Below, piece by piece: positions 27,879 to 37,455 of a DNA stretch of 64,000 bases; the stretch's first letter is position 1; each line of letters opens with the position of its first letter. The notes under the pieces were generated by a model. That model worked only from the letters and a program-made list of their open reading frames with translations. It did no database searches and was not told where the DNA came from. The DNA comes from an uncultured Candidatus Cloacimonadota bacterium (GTDB lineage: Bacteria; Cloacimonadota; Cloacimonadia; Cloacimonadales; TCS61), in NCBI GenBank assembly GCA_964433675.1, contig CAYSSJ010000003.1:38046-102045 (forward strand), written 5' to 3'. The position numbers and the translations under genes are program-made.

Positions 27879-28364
27879 TTACATGTTCACTAACATATTG
27901 TATATACTCAAAGCTATGGCTGCATTAGATAGAAATTGTGTAAATTTGATAAAAGCAGCATAAAGGGTGCCGGAAACAACTACTGTGTCATTCGGCTTCA
28001 TTATCGGGATAAGGTCTTCATCACCAGTTTCTATATATTCACGCAGATCTACCCAGATGATCTTCTCATCCCCGTCTCTGGTAGGTCTGATGATTCGTAC
28101 TCTCGATAATTTGGCTTCCTCTTTGGGTCCACCGGCAAGCGATACTAAGGCAAGCAGATCGGTATCGTCCGGGACGATATACAAACCAGGTCTTGCCACT
28201 TGTCCCCAAATATAAGTTTTGATCATTAATCTTTCGGCATCTGCTAAAGTACCGGAATAAAGATAAGCGGAAGAAGTCCCGAATGATGTGGATGAAAAAT
28301 CTGTCTGGGCAAAACAAACCACTATCATACTAACTAATACTATGATAAATAAAAAACGCTTCAT
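27879..28364 (-). CDS. Short SLBB-domain polysaccharide-export (OPX/Wza-like) protein
   Basis: Signal peptide; IWGQVARPGLY, LVSLAGG..E.A.L..V.IIR, M.PNDTVVV SLBB; hydrophobic C-terminal helix. Start ATG 28364. Confidence 0.8.
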   Translation of the reverse strand: MKRFLFIIVLVSMIVVCFAQTDFSSTSFGTSSAYLYSGTLADAERLMIKTYIWGQVARPGLYIVPDDTDLLALVSLAGGPKEEAKLSRVRIIRPTRDGDEKIIWVDLREYIETGDEDLIPIMKPNDTVVVSGTLYAAFIKFTQFLSNAAIALSIYNMLVNM

Positions 28365-28448
28365 ATACGCTCCCGAGAATATTTTATTACTCACTCTACT
28401 TATAATTTGCTAATATTAGCTTGTAGTGATATTCGTCAAGATAATTAT

Positions 28449-29294
28449 TCATTTTTCTATTATTATAGTTCTTTCATAAGATTTGGATCCAGTATGTACG
28501 GGGATTATAGCCCCGTCCAGATCGTATTCTACAGGTGGATCTCCCGGTGCCATCCCGAAGGCATCTATTCTCCAAAAATAGACTCCGGAGCTTAATTCTT
28601 CACCATCATATTCAGCTTCCAATTCTGCCCCTAGAATCGGGTACATCCAGACGAGATTAAAGTTTGCATCAAAAAGTAAGAGACGCCAACTTTGGATCGC
28701 TTGAGTCTGGTCTTCTAACCAACTAAATGTGATATCCTGCATAGAAGCGACTTGCACATTGTCTGCAGGACTTTCTAATATCGGTTTGTTAACAAGCTTG
28801 AAGCCAACCGTATCGGATTTTGCCCAATTTTCATAACTATTGATAACCTTGATAAAATAAAACCACTCAGTATCAGTTCCGACATACGGTTGCACCGAAT
28901 GATCTATATACATGGTTACATTCGGATTGTTAAGAGTCGAGATTTTTGTGGGATAGTCCTCACTTGTATTATGATAAGCATTATAATCTTCATAACTGAA
29001 ACGATACACTTCTATCCGATCTATGTTCAAGTCTGTTATTGGATACCATTGTATTTTGATCCAATCACCCTGTGGGACCGCATCAATTCCATTCAGTTCA
29101 TAATCGGAAACCGCCGGACTATGAAAGTTCAAAGTATCGACAATATTACCAAGATCATCATAGACCAGATCACCCGTATTTCCCAGATGGGGGATCATAC
29201 TAGGTTGGGATGGTGGATTGGGATCGACTTCTGTAGGAGTCTCACCTGCACATCCGATTAAAATCAACAAAAAGCTTAGAACAAAATATTTCAT
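28449..29294 (-). CDS. Hypothetical lipoprotein with beta-rich (FN3/Ig-like) domains
   Basis: Lipobox LIGC; IQW..; WFYFIKVIN; P.L.SP.D; GVYFWRIDA. Confidence 0.7.
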   Translation of the reverse strand: MKYFVLSFLLILIGCAGETPTEVDPNPPSQPSMIPHLGNTGDLVYDDLGNIVDTLNFHSPAVSDYELNGIDAVPQGDWIKIQWYPITDLNIDRIEVYRFSYEDYNAYHNTSEDYPTKISTLNNPNVTMYIDHSVQPYVGTDTEWFYFIKVINSYENWAKSDTVGFKLVNKPILESPADNVQVASMQDITFSWLEDQTQAIQSWRLLLFDANFNLVWMYPILGAELEAEYDGEELSSGVYFWRIDAFGMAPGDPPVEYDLDGAIIPVHTGSKSYERTIIIEK

Positions 29295-29304
29295 ATTCCC
29301 CTCC

Positions 29305-30309
29305 TCACAGATTCATCCGTAAGCCTATACGATTGGTGTAACCCAAAGCATTGGTTACAAAGGCATAATCCAAAATAAATTGATATAGCTTGAGGCTAAG
29401 CCCGGAACTAAAATTACTATCATAATAACCTAATCTGCCGCTGACTAAATCGTCGTATATCCACTCGAAACCGACATGAAAAGTGCCGTCATAAACATAA
29501 TCGTAATCGGTGGAAATAATGAATTTGCTTTGGTATTTCTCCATGGGTTGCATCAGAGCTACGCCTATTTTTGTATTGAAAAGGATCTTATCTTCATGTT
29601 CGGAATCGGTATCCCACACTATCGTAGTTCCGCCAATATTCTGCAAATTAGCTGCTAAAGATAGATCCCCAAGCCAAGCTTGTTCGGTTATCTCTCCCAG
29701 ATCGAACCGACTCATAAAAGAGAGATCAAAACCAATGCCGGTACCGGTGTAATCGTATAAACTACGGTTGATATACTTCATGTTTGCCCCGAAATAAAGA
29801 TCGATTGGCAGTTCGAAAAAAAGCCAGCCCATGTTCAGTTCATAGCGAGAATATTTTGCAAATGCAAATTGAAACACATCATCTATACTGCTGAAATATC
29901 CATCCGGAGTGGCAGGAAGATTTAACCAAGGGAAGCTAATGCGTTGATCTACCGTACCCACCAGGTGCTCTTCACTGAAAATCGGAATGTCGGTGATAGA
30001 AAGACGCGTCCAATGAAAACCGATACTAACATCATTGGGCAGAGGTTGAACTATCGACAAATTATCATAATTAGCTAACCCTTGATACAAAAAGGCTCGC
30101 ATCAGCCCGATCTCTGTATGGCGAATTTGTGCGATGCCGGATGGATTCCAATAAATTGCCGATCCATCATCTGCTACTGCACTGAATGCCCCGCCCATAG
30201 AGAGCGATCGTACTCCAGCGCCGATCTCTAGAAAATCACCGGCATATTTGCCAGCAAACAACACATTTATAGAGAAAAGTATAATGATAATTAGTAGCAT
30301 ATATCTCAT
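29305..30309 (-). CDS. PorV-like outer-membrane beta-barrel (paralog 2)
   Basis: FLEIGAGVRSLSMGGAFSAVADD.SAIYWNPSG, GIGFD, QNIG, R.GY, DYAF..LG.TNRIG; directly downstream of the PorU-like gene. Confidence 0.8.
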   Translation of the reverse strand: MRYMLLIIIILFSINVLFAGKYAGDFLEIGAGVRSLSMGGAFSAVADDGSAIYWNPSGIAQIRHTEIGLMRAFLYQGLANYDNLSIVQPLPNDVSIGFHWTRLSITDIPIFSEEHLVGTVDQRISFPWLNLPATPDGYFSSIDDVFQFAFAKYSRYELNMGWLFFELPIDLYFGANMKYINRSLYDYTGTGIGFDLSFMSRFDLGEITEQAWLGDLSLAANLQNIGGTTIVWDTDSEHEDKILFNTKIGVALMQPMEKYQSKFIISTDYDYVYDGTFHVGFEWIYDDLVSGRLGYYDSNFSSGLSLKLYQFILDYAFVTNALGYTNRIGLRMNL

Positions 30310-30317
30310 CGTAACTC

Positions 30318-33300
30318 CTATTTTATTATAGCCATTTTACCGGTCTTTTCTATGGTTTTTCTCCCTTTTTTGGCTGTGATCCTATAAAAATAGACACCAT
30401 TTGCCAATAAGTGCCCCTCTTCATCACGGCAATCCCAACCGTGAACAGAACGTGGGAATTCGTGGTAGCCAACCGAGGATGATAAATTTGAAAATGTCTT
30501 GACCAATCTTCCGCTGACCGTATATATTTTCAAATCTACTTTGTCCGCATCATCTGTGAGGACATAGGTGAAACGTGTTCTACCACGGTTTACCGGATTC
30601 TCGGTATTCAGAGATATCGGATTGGGATAATTGGCTAAATTGATAATATCGAACTTTGCACTAACCCTGAAATCCAGACTATGAGAAATATGATTGCCGT
30701 TCAAATCATGACACTCGATCTCCAGTGTGTAGTTCCCTTCAGACAAATTTTCCAGTTTGTATTTGATAGGCACGTGCATCAAGTTATCGGTATTAATGGC
30801 AGCGGTGTAATTATCCTGATTAATAAGCTGTCCTTCTAAATAGAGTTTGGGAACATTATCAAACATATCTATCCCATTTTCATCTTTCAGGATGATGGAT
30901 ATTGTACCATTTCCCGAAATATATCCCCCATGCGTAAATTCCTGTCCTTCTACATTAAGGGAAACAGTTGGTTTTGTATGATCATCATTGTAAAACACCG
31001 AATAAATTCCGACTCTATCAGCTTCATAATCTATGGTTTTATCATCGACATCGCTATAGCCGCCCTGAAAGATCCACTTCTCAAATTCTGGTTGCCAGCG
31101 ATAAACTGCAAATCTATCATCATCTTCCCAAGCTAAGGTAGTGGAATCTTGCTCACTATAATGAAATTCCAAAGTGACTGTTTTATTCTGAAAATGCCCA
31201 AGTGAATCCGATAGAACTTCCGGATTCAAAGTGCCAAGCTCATAAGCGTGGGAGAGCATCCCATTTTGCAAAGCGATAGGTTTCGTGTCCGGCTGAGAAT
31301 CCGATTCCAAATGCCCGAGTGAATTAATATAGAAGATTGAAGGTTGATAGTTGAGATCAGGCGGGAAAGTGCAGGTAAGATTCCCATCCAAACTTGTGCC
31401 GGTTACCAGTGAATCACCAACCGCATACATATTTATCTCATACTGTTCGGAAGTAATACTATTGTTGACATAAGTATATTCGGAAAAAGACTCGCCACCC
31501 GGATTGATCGTGGCTCGGAAGCGATATTCCCCATTTAATAGTGGGATGAAGACATGTTCGAACCGATAATCCATACTCTCCAGTGATTCAACTTCGGTCG
31601 AATCTATCAAAACAGGAGGGCTGGTGAGGGTATCGAAAATTCTCAGATAACAAGCTCCGGATGCGATAGAGCCGATGTTACTTACTTTAGTTTTTATGGC
31701 AGGCAGATTATTTTTCTCTACCGGTTCTATACTTTGCAAAGCAAGATCCGCTCCGGCTATAGTTAATGTATGTTCTTTAGTTATAGTGACATCACTCAGC
31801 TTATCTTCGATCTCGAAGTGAAACTTGATGGTAGAACCGGCATTATGAGGTTGGATATACTCATCCAGACCGTAAGTATGTCCGCCAATATTGGACATAG
31901 AGATGGTGGTCTGTGGTGCAATATGGCAAGTAACCGATTGGATCCCTGCTTCAGCGAAGAAATCAGCTTTAATCATGATAGAATCACTTTCAGTTGGAGT
32001 ATCTGGGATGATCTGCATATTTACCATAGCTGATTGACCGACTGCGTAATTCGTCATACCAACAGAGGATGTATTTTCTCCGTAAGCAAAGAGTTTGACC
32101 GTATGAGTATAAATCGAGTCCGGGCTTGGTGGGATGATGAATGGAGGAGAGGAGATCTGATTTTCGATAGCAGGTATATTAATCGATTGATACTCGGGCA
32201 AGGGGATATCGTCCTCATCATAAACTCGGAAGACTCCGTGAGTGATTTGATCGCCCACTTCAGCTTGGATATGCAAGCTATCTCCTTCACTCAGATTATA
32301 ATTCGAAAGCTCGATCTGGTTATCCCTTGGTGGGCTGAATAGTTTGATCATCGGATCACCCAAAAGAGCACTACCATGAATAAGTGCGGTCTTGATATTG
32401 CTGCTGGTAGCGGCGAGGTAAAATCTGGTTTTGGCAAAATCTACTATCTCTCCGATAGTTTGAACGTTCTCTTTGAAAATGCCATCATTCAGATACATGC
32501 CATAATACTCATCAGCGTATTTATAGCCATATCCGGTAAAACCGATATGTGCTATTGCACCTCTATTCGGCGTGATGACAAATTCTTCTCCGATACTGGT
32601 ACTACCTCTATTATTGAAGGCAGATGCAAAGCATGATAGACTAGCTACAAAAGGATAGTTTTGGTTCATGAGCGTAGAGATATCATCCCGATTGAGCAGA
32701 TTATAATCTCCCCAAATATATCCGCCACCATGACCGATAAATTGCAAGTACTTAGTTCCCTCATTGATATAATTCTTCAGATCATTGGTAGTACCATGAT
32801 ATCCGCCAGGAAGGTCTTCTACATTGCCATAAACTCTGTTTATATGATAGTAATCCGGGATATGTCCATCTCTGATACGCTCATTCTGTTTGGCGAAAAA
32901 CGAACCTTCATGTGGTTTGCCACCTCCAACTAAAGTGATCTTGGAATGCCAGAGCTCATCATAATTGGGATTTTGTAAATATTGGAGGGATTTATTTGCC
33001 ATATCTATGATCTGTTCTTCCCGCCAGATCGGTATTCTTGCGATTACAATGTCAGGAATCGGGTCATCTCCGACAATACAGCCGTACCAATTATCGCTGG
33101 CAGTAGCACCTCGTCTTTCGAACCATACATTTCTGAAAGGAATGATGTTGTAGGGTCGGTTCGAGCTATTATCTCGCTCATCTGTCAATCCGTCTCCCAA
33201 CAGCATAACATGTGTCAATACCGGTTGCTGCCAATTATGATAGGCGTAGGAGAGGAAATCTTTGATCGCTTGTGCCGAGCGAATCCCATGATTGAATTCA

Positions 33301-35267
33301 TCGAAGATATGCTGTTGATTTACCAGCTTTACTGCATAACCTTGCTGCTCCCAAATACTTTTGAATAGCTGAGTACCTTCGTTATCTATAAAATCGTTTG
33401 AAGTGATGATGATATAATCAGCTTGATTGCCTGTATAATGCAGGTTAGATGGGGTTTTGGCTCTTATTTCTACCGGATTTTTCTTGCTGTTTTCGCCCAC
33501 AGCATAAAAGCGTATATCATCGGTAAATACTTCGTGTTGGAAACTAACTTCGAAGCTGCCTATCAGTTCGGAAGAAGGTTCTATCTGAACATTTTCCAAG
33601 ATACTATTACCAAGCACATAAACAGAGATATCGGATTCGGTGAAGTTCTCCAATTCAAATTGATATGTGCCATTTGGCATATCCGGTGGTTTAGAGAATT
33701 TTATCCGGTCGTTATCGGCTTTATATTCTCGCCAGTAGGATATTTCGATGTAATCCAGCAAAACCTGTTCGTTTTCTATACCATCGATACCCGGAAGTGT
33801 GATATAGAGGTTATTGGTACCATGATTTAGTGTGCTATTGATCACAGGTTGGGAATTCGTGAATATTTTCTCGCGCTGCCCATTCCACATGTGGTTGTTT
33901 ATAAGCGCGTCATTCACATAAACAAGGGCGTGATGATCCAAAATATTGGTATTTGGCCATTGTGAGCCGGGCAGTCGCGTATAAGAAGCGCCCCAGAGCG
34001 AGACTTTCACGTCGGCAGATTTGATATCGGAAGGCATGGGATATGCCAATTCGAAAGGAACCGCCCGCAAATTGGGTGCATTTATACTTTCCCAAAACCA
34101 GATATCTTCTCTATAGAAATCGGGATCATAATAAATTTGGGCACCCAGATGATTTCTGATTCTTTGCTGTTCCAAGTGAACTTTATGCTTGTATGAGGTC
34201 GGAACATAATACTGGGTGGGATCGGATACCTGTAGACCACCATTGGCAACTGCCAATCTGCTGCCGAGATGATCTGCCAATCTCAAAGTATATACATTTT
34301 CAGCAGTATATGCGTCATAATAGGATTCTTCCCCATAATTGGGAACTCCCCAAAATTCGAAGTAATCGCCGGGATCGAATGAATGATTCTCTTCGCCGGA
34401 GAAGTGGATAGGAACGATTTCATCTTGGTTGCTAAGCTCAAAGTAACGGGGATCAAGCTCATCCCAGTCAAAAGCGAGAGAATACTCGTAGCCATCCAAT
34501 GCTTCGATCAAATCCTCGTAGGTGACTCGGTATATTCCTTCGGAATCCACTACGATCCGGATCTCTTCTATCGTAGTCGAACTGCGATAGCTTAGATTGG
34601 GGAGTGGATCTCTTGCTTGGCGCCAATGTTGAGAATATGAATTGTTCAAAACAAATTCAGCTGCAGCTTTGTCGATTAGAGTTTCTTGTGATGCTCTTCT
34701 TCTCTGAGGTGTGGTATCGCCGCCAATATGAAGTTTGATTGTTAAACTATGAGTTATAACCAATTCTTTTCTTACCGGATTATATTGAAACGGATTGATC
34801 ACAAATCCGGCAAAGTAACGATCACGATGGTAGGCAGCAGAACCTTTCTCCACCAATCGAGATGGATAGAGAGCATCTTTTCGATATACAGATGGATTTT
34901 CGTAAGCAAAGCTCTCTTTAGCTTCGCTATTTTCTAGATAAGTATCTGTCGGTCTTAAATTTATGTTCCTGATCCTAGTCTGTTCCGAATCGATTATCTC
35001 CAAGAAATAATCTCCATCAGTCGGTAACCCTATAGTGCCGGTGTAATAGGGAATCTGCGGGTGACCGGAGTCCAAATGGATAAGCGAGCCGGGTGCTTCG
35101 ATCGTCTGATAATTATCTCTGCGAGAAATACTACCGGCAATCTCATAATCGGGTAACTCAAAATTGATAATCAGCTGATCAGCCGTAACATTTTCTACCT
35201 GCAAAACATCAGCTTCCACAAGAGAAATCAACAATAACAAACATATTAATATGGCAATGTAACGCAT
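30318..35267 (-). CDS. PorU-like C25 cysteine protease/sortase with C-terminal FlgD-Ig sorting domain
   Basis: Signal peptide; C25 propeptide; GIYRVTYEDL; DYIII; IFDEFNHG; LLGDG; ASDNWY; catalytic FIGHGG and SLSC; LLGDP; PorU-like C-terminal DENGID..HDLNGN..NYPNP..WDCRD..LANGVYFY. Confidence 0.85.
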   Translation of the reverse strand: MRYIAILICLLLLISLVEADVLQVENVTADQLIINFELPDYEIAGSISRRDNYQTIEAPGSLIHLDSGHPQIPYYTGTIGLPTDGDYFLEIIDSEQTRIRNINLRPTDTYLENSEAKESFAYENPSVYRKDALYPSRLVEKGSAAYHRDRYFAGFVINPFQYNPVRKELVITHSLTIKLHIGGDTTPQRRRASQETLIDKAAAEFVLNNSYSQHWRQARDPLPNLSYRSSTTIEEIRIVVDSEGIYRVTYEDLIEALDGYEYSLAFDWDELDPRYFELSNQDEIVPIHFSGEENHSFDPGDYFEFWGVPNYGEESYYDAYTAENVYTLRLADHLGSRLAVANGGLQVSDPTQYYVPTSYKHKVHLEQQRIRNHLGAQIYYDPDFYREDIWFWESINAPNLRAVPFELAYPMPSDIKSADVKVSLWGASYTRLPGSQWPNTNILDHHALVYVNDALINNHMWNGQREKIFTNSQPVINSTLNHGTNNLYITLPGIDGIENEQVLLDYIEISYWREYKADNDRIKFSKPPDMPNGTYQFELENFTESDISVYVLGNSILENVQIEPSSELIGSFEVSFQHEVFTDDIRFYAVGENSKKNPVEIRAKTPSNLHYTGNQADYIIITSNDFIDNEGTQLFKSIWEQQGYAVKLVNQQHIFDEFNHGIRSAQAIKDFLSYAYHNWQQPVLTHVMLLGDGLTDERDNSSNRPYNIIPFRNVWFERRGATASDNWYGCIVGDDPIPDIVIARIPIWREEQIIDMANKSLQYLQNPNYDELWHSKITLVGGGKPHEGSFFAKQNERIRDGHIPDYYHINRVYGNVEDLPGGYHGTTNDLKNYINEGTKYLQFIGHGGGYIWGDYNLLNRDDISTLMNQNYPFVASLSCFASAFNNRGSTSIGEEFVITPNRGAIAHIGFTGYGYKYADEYYGMYLNDGIFKENVQTIGEIVDFAKTRFYLAATSSNIKTALIHGSALLGDPMIKLFSPPRDNQIELSNYNLSEGDSLHIQAEVGDQITHGVFRVYDEDDIPLPEYQSINIPAIENQISSPPFIIPPSPDSIYTHTVKLFAYGENTSSVGMTNYAVGQSAMVNMQIIPDTPTESDSIMIKADFFAEAGIQSVTCHIAPQTTISMSNIGGHTYGLDEYIQPHNAGSTIKFHFEIEDKLSDVTITKEHTLTIAGADLALQSIEPVEKNNLPAIKTKVSNIGSIASGACYLRIFDTLTSPPVLIDSTEVESLESMDYRFEHVFIPLLNGEYRFRATINPGGESFSEYTYVNNSITSEQYEINMYAVGDSLVTGTSLDGNLTCTFPPDLNYQPSIFYINSLGHLESDSQPDTKPIALQNGMLSHAYELGTLNPEVLSDSLGHFQNKTVTLEFHYSEQDSTTLAWEDDDRFAVYRWQPEFEKWIFQGGYSDVDDKTIDYEADRVGIYSVFYNDDHTKPTVSLNVEGQEFTHGGYISGNGTISIILKDENGIDMFDNVPKLYLEGQLINQDNYTAAINTDNLMHVPIKYKLENLSEGNYTLEIECHDLNGNHISHSLDFRVSAKFDIINLANYPNPISLNTENPVNRGRTRFTYVLTDDADKVDLKIYTVSGRLVKTFSNLSSSVGYHEFPRSVHGWDCRDEEGHLLANGVYFYRITAKKGRKTIEKTGKMAIIK

Positions 35268-35298
35268 CCGCAATTGCTCCTATCATTTATTGAATATA

Positions 35299-35790
35299 TC
35301 AAAAAAAATCATAGATTATTTGTAAAGCTCTTTTTGTGGTTTTTTGCCTGACCTGCTCTCGATCTCCTTCAAAAACAAAGTGATGACAGAATATTTGGTC
35401 TCTGAATTTGGTTGCTATATAAACTGTTCCGACAGGTTTGGTTTCGCTGCCACCAGTCGGACCGGCAATGCCTGTGATTGCCAGATAAATATCTGCCTTG
35501 AGAGCAGCACTGAGTCCGTTTATCATTTCTAGGGCAGTATTCTCACTAACAGCTCCGAATTTCGCCAAAGTTTGTTCGGATACGCTCAATAATCTTTTCT
35601 TTGCTTCGTTTGAATAGCACACGATTCCACCGACGAAGATATCTGAAGCACCGGATAACGTGGTAAAATATTCAGATAGCATACCACCGGTACAGGATTC
35701 TGCTACTGCCACTCTCAACCTCTGCTTAGAAAGCAAGTGATGAACCTTATGTAAGATAGGCTCACCACTTTTAAGATCATTTTTTGTCAT
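35299..35790 (-). CDS. CinA C-terminal / NMN deamidase (PncC-like)
   Basis: VAESCTGG, GAS..F.GG.V.YSN, GAVS, TGIAGP.GG...KPVGTV. Confidence 0.9.
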   Translation of the reverse strand: MTKNDLKSGEPILHKVHHLLSKQRLRVAVAESCTGGMLSEYFTTLSGASDIFVGGIVCYSNEAKKRLLSVSEQTLAKFGAVSENTALEMINGLSAALKADIYLAITGIAGPTGGSETKPVGTVYIATKFRDQIFCHHFVFEGDREQVRQKTTKRALQIIYDFF

Positions 35791-35803
35791 AATAATATTT
35801 TGA

Positions 35804-37327
35804 TCAATAACTTTTGGCGAATACTACTCTTCTGATACTCTTTTCCCCACAATAGATACAACTACCTTCTTCTCTTTCATCCGAGAGCAGAATGCATCTG
35901 ATCGTTACTTTCAGATCGTCTTTGATTTTTTCTTCACACTCGGGATTTTCGCACCAGTGGCTATAAGCAAAGCCGCCATGGATTTCGGGAGTTTCGGTAT
36001 TATGTGGTGTGAAGAAATCATAAAACTCTTGCTTCTCATCTATTATTTTAGAATTTTCTTCTCTAAATTTCAGTGCACGCTGATAGATACTATTTTGAAT
36101 TTCATCCAAGATATCGGGTGCAGCTTCGATGAATGAATCAGCTGGCATAGAGGTCTTATCTTTGGCATCTTTATCTCTTCTTCCCATAAAAACGGAGTTT
36201 TTCTCCAGATCACGAGGACCTATCTCCAATCTTATCGGCACTCCTTTTTTTATCCATTGCCAGTTTTTTTCTCCTCCACTCATATCGCGATCATCTATAT
36301 GTGTGATGATCTTCATGTCTGCATATCGGAGTGAATCAAGGCGGGTTTTGATGTTTTGGACGAATGGGAGCACTTCGTTTTTCTGCTCGTCATTTCGATA
36401 AATAGGGGAGATGACTATATGCACCGGAGCGATCTTCGGAGGTAGAACTAAGCCATTATCGTCACTATGAGCCATGATAAGGGCGCCTATCATTCGAGTA
36501 GAGACACCCCAAGAGGTAGTCCAGGCGTATTCTTCCACACCTTCCTGATTTTGAAATTTTATATTGGAAGCTTGGGAGAAATTCGTGCCCAAAAAATGTG
36601 ACGTTCCCGCTTGTAGTGCCTTCTTGTCTTGCATCATAGCTTCTATGCAAAAAGTCTGAACTGCGCCGGGGAATCGCTCTGATTCTGTCTTTTCACCTTT
36701 TAAAACCGAAATAGCGAGAAACTCTTCGGCAAAGCGGGCATAAACATCAAGCATGCGATAAGTCTCTTCTACAGCTTCTTGTTTAGTGGCATGAACAGTG
36801 TGTCCCTCCTGCCAGAGAAATTCGGTAGTTCTGAGAAATAGACGGGTACGCATCTCCCACCGTACTACGTTTGCCCATTGATTGATTAGAAGAGGTAGAT
36901 CGCGGTATGATTGTACCCATTTGCTAAAAGAGGCACCGATTATCGTTTCACTGGTGGGGCGAACTATCAACTCTTCGGTCAGCTTTCCCGAAGGTTTGAG
37001 ACCCCCTTTACCATCATCTTCCAATTTTGAATGTGTAACTACTGCACATTCTTTGGCAAAACCTTCCACATGCTGAGCTTCTTTCTCGAAAAAACTCTTG
37101 GGGATAAACAGAGGAAAGTACGCATTCACATGACCGGTCTCTTTGAACATATCGTCCAGATTCTTTTGAATATTTTCCCAAATCGTGTAACCCCATGGTT
37201 TGATGACCATGCAACCACGAACTTCACTATTCTCTGCCATATCGGCTGCCTTGATGACTTGTTGATACCACTCGGGATAATTCTCTTTCCGAGTGGGTGA
37301 AATTGCTGTTTTGTTCGCTTTAGACAT
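35804..37327 (-). CDS. proS: Proline--tRNA ligase, archaeal/eukaryotic type
   Basis: HVEGFAKE, RPTSE, QWANVVRWE, FLRTTEFLWQEGH, LQAGTSH, SWGVSTR; C-terminal FAKSY; no INS domain. Confidence 0.97.
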   Translation of the reverse strand: MSKANKTAISPTRKENYPEWYQQVIKAADMAENSEVRGCMVIKPWGYTIWENIQKNLDDMFKETGHVNAYFPLFIPKSFFEKEAQHVEGFAKECAVVTHSKLEDDGKGGLKPSGKLTEELIVRPTSETIIGASFSKWVQSYRDLPLLINQWANVVRWEMRTRLFLRTTEFLWQEGHTVHATKQEAVEETYRMLDVYARFAEEFLAISVLKGEKTESERFPGAVQTFCIEAMMQDKKALQAGTSHFLGTNFSQASNIKFQNQEGVEEYAWTTSWGVSTRMIGALIMAHSDDNGLVLPPKIAPVHIVISPIYRNDEQKNEVLPFVQNIKTRLDSLRYADMKIITHIDDRDMSGGEKNWQWIKKGVPIRLEIGPRDLEKNSVFMGRRDKDAKDKTSMPADSFIEAAPDILDEIQNSIYQRALKFREENSKIIDEKQEFYDFFTPHNTETPEIHGGFAYSHWCENPECEEKIKDDLKVTIRCILLSDEREEGSCIYCGEKSIRRVVFAKSY

Positions 37328-37455
37328 ATCTAATATTCCCTTTTTCTAATTTTGATATCTAATCTTTTCAATTGCATATCCTTGTCAAATCAAAAAACAA
37401 AATCAGCATTTTCTTGACAGTGATTATGTTAAGCTAAAAGTGGGATTTAAGAATT

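Noticed and set aside
35804..37327. Archaeal-type ProRS as evidence of recent horizontal transfer
   Set aside because: This type is widespread in bacteria, including FCB lineages, and sits in a core operon here.
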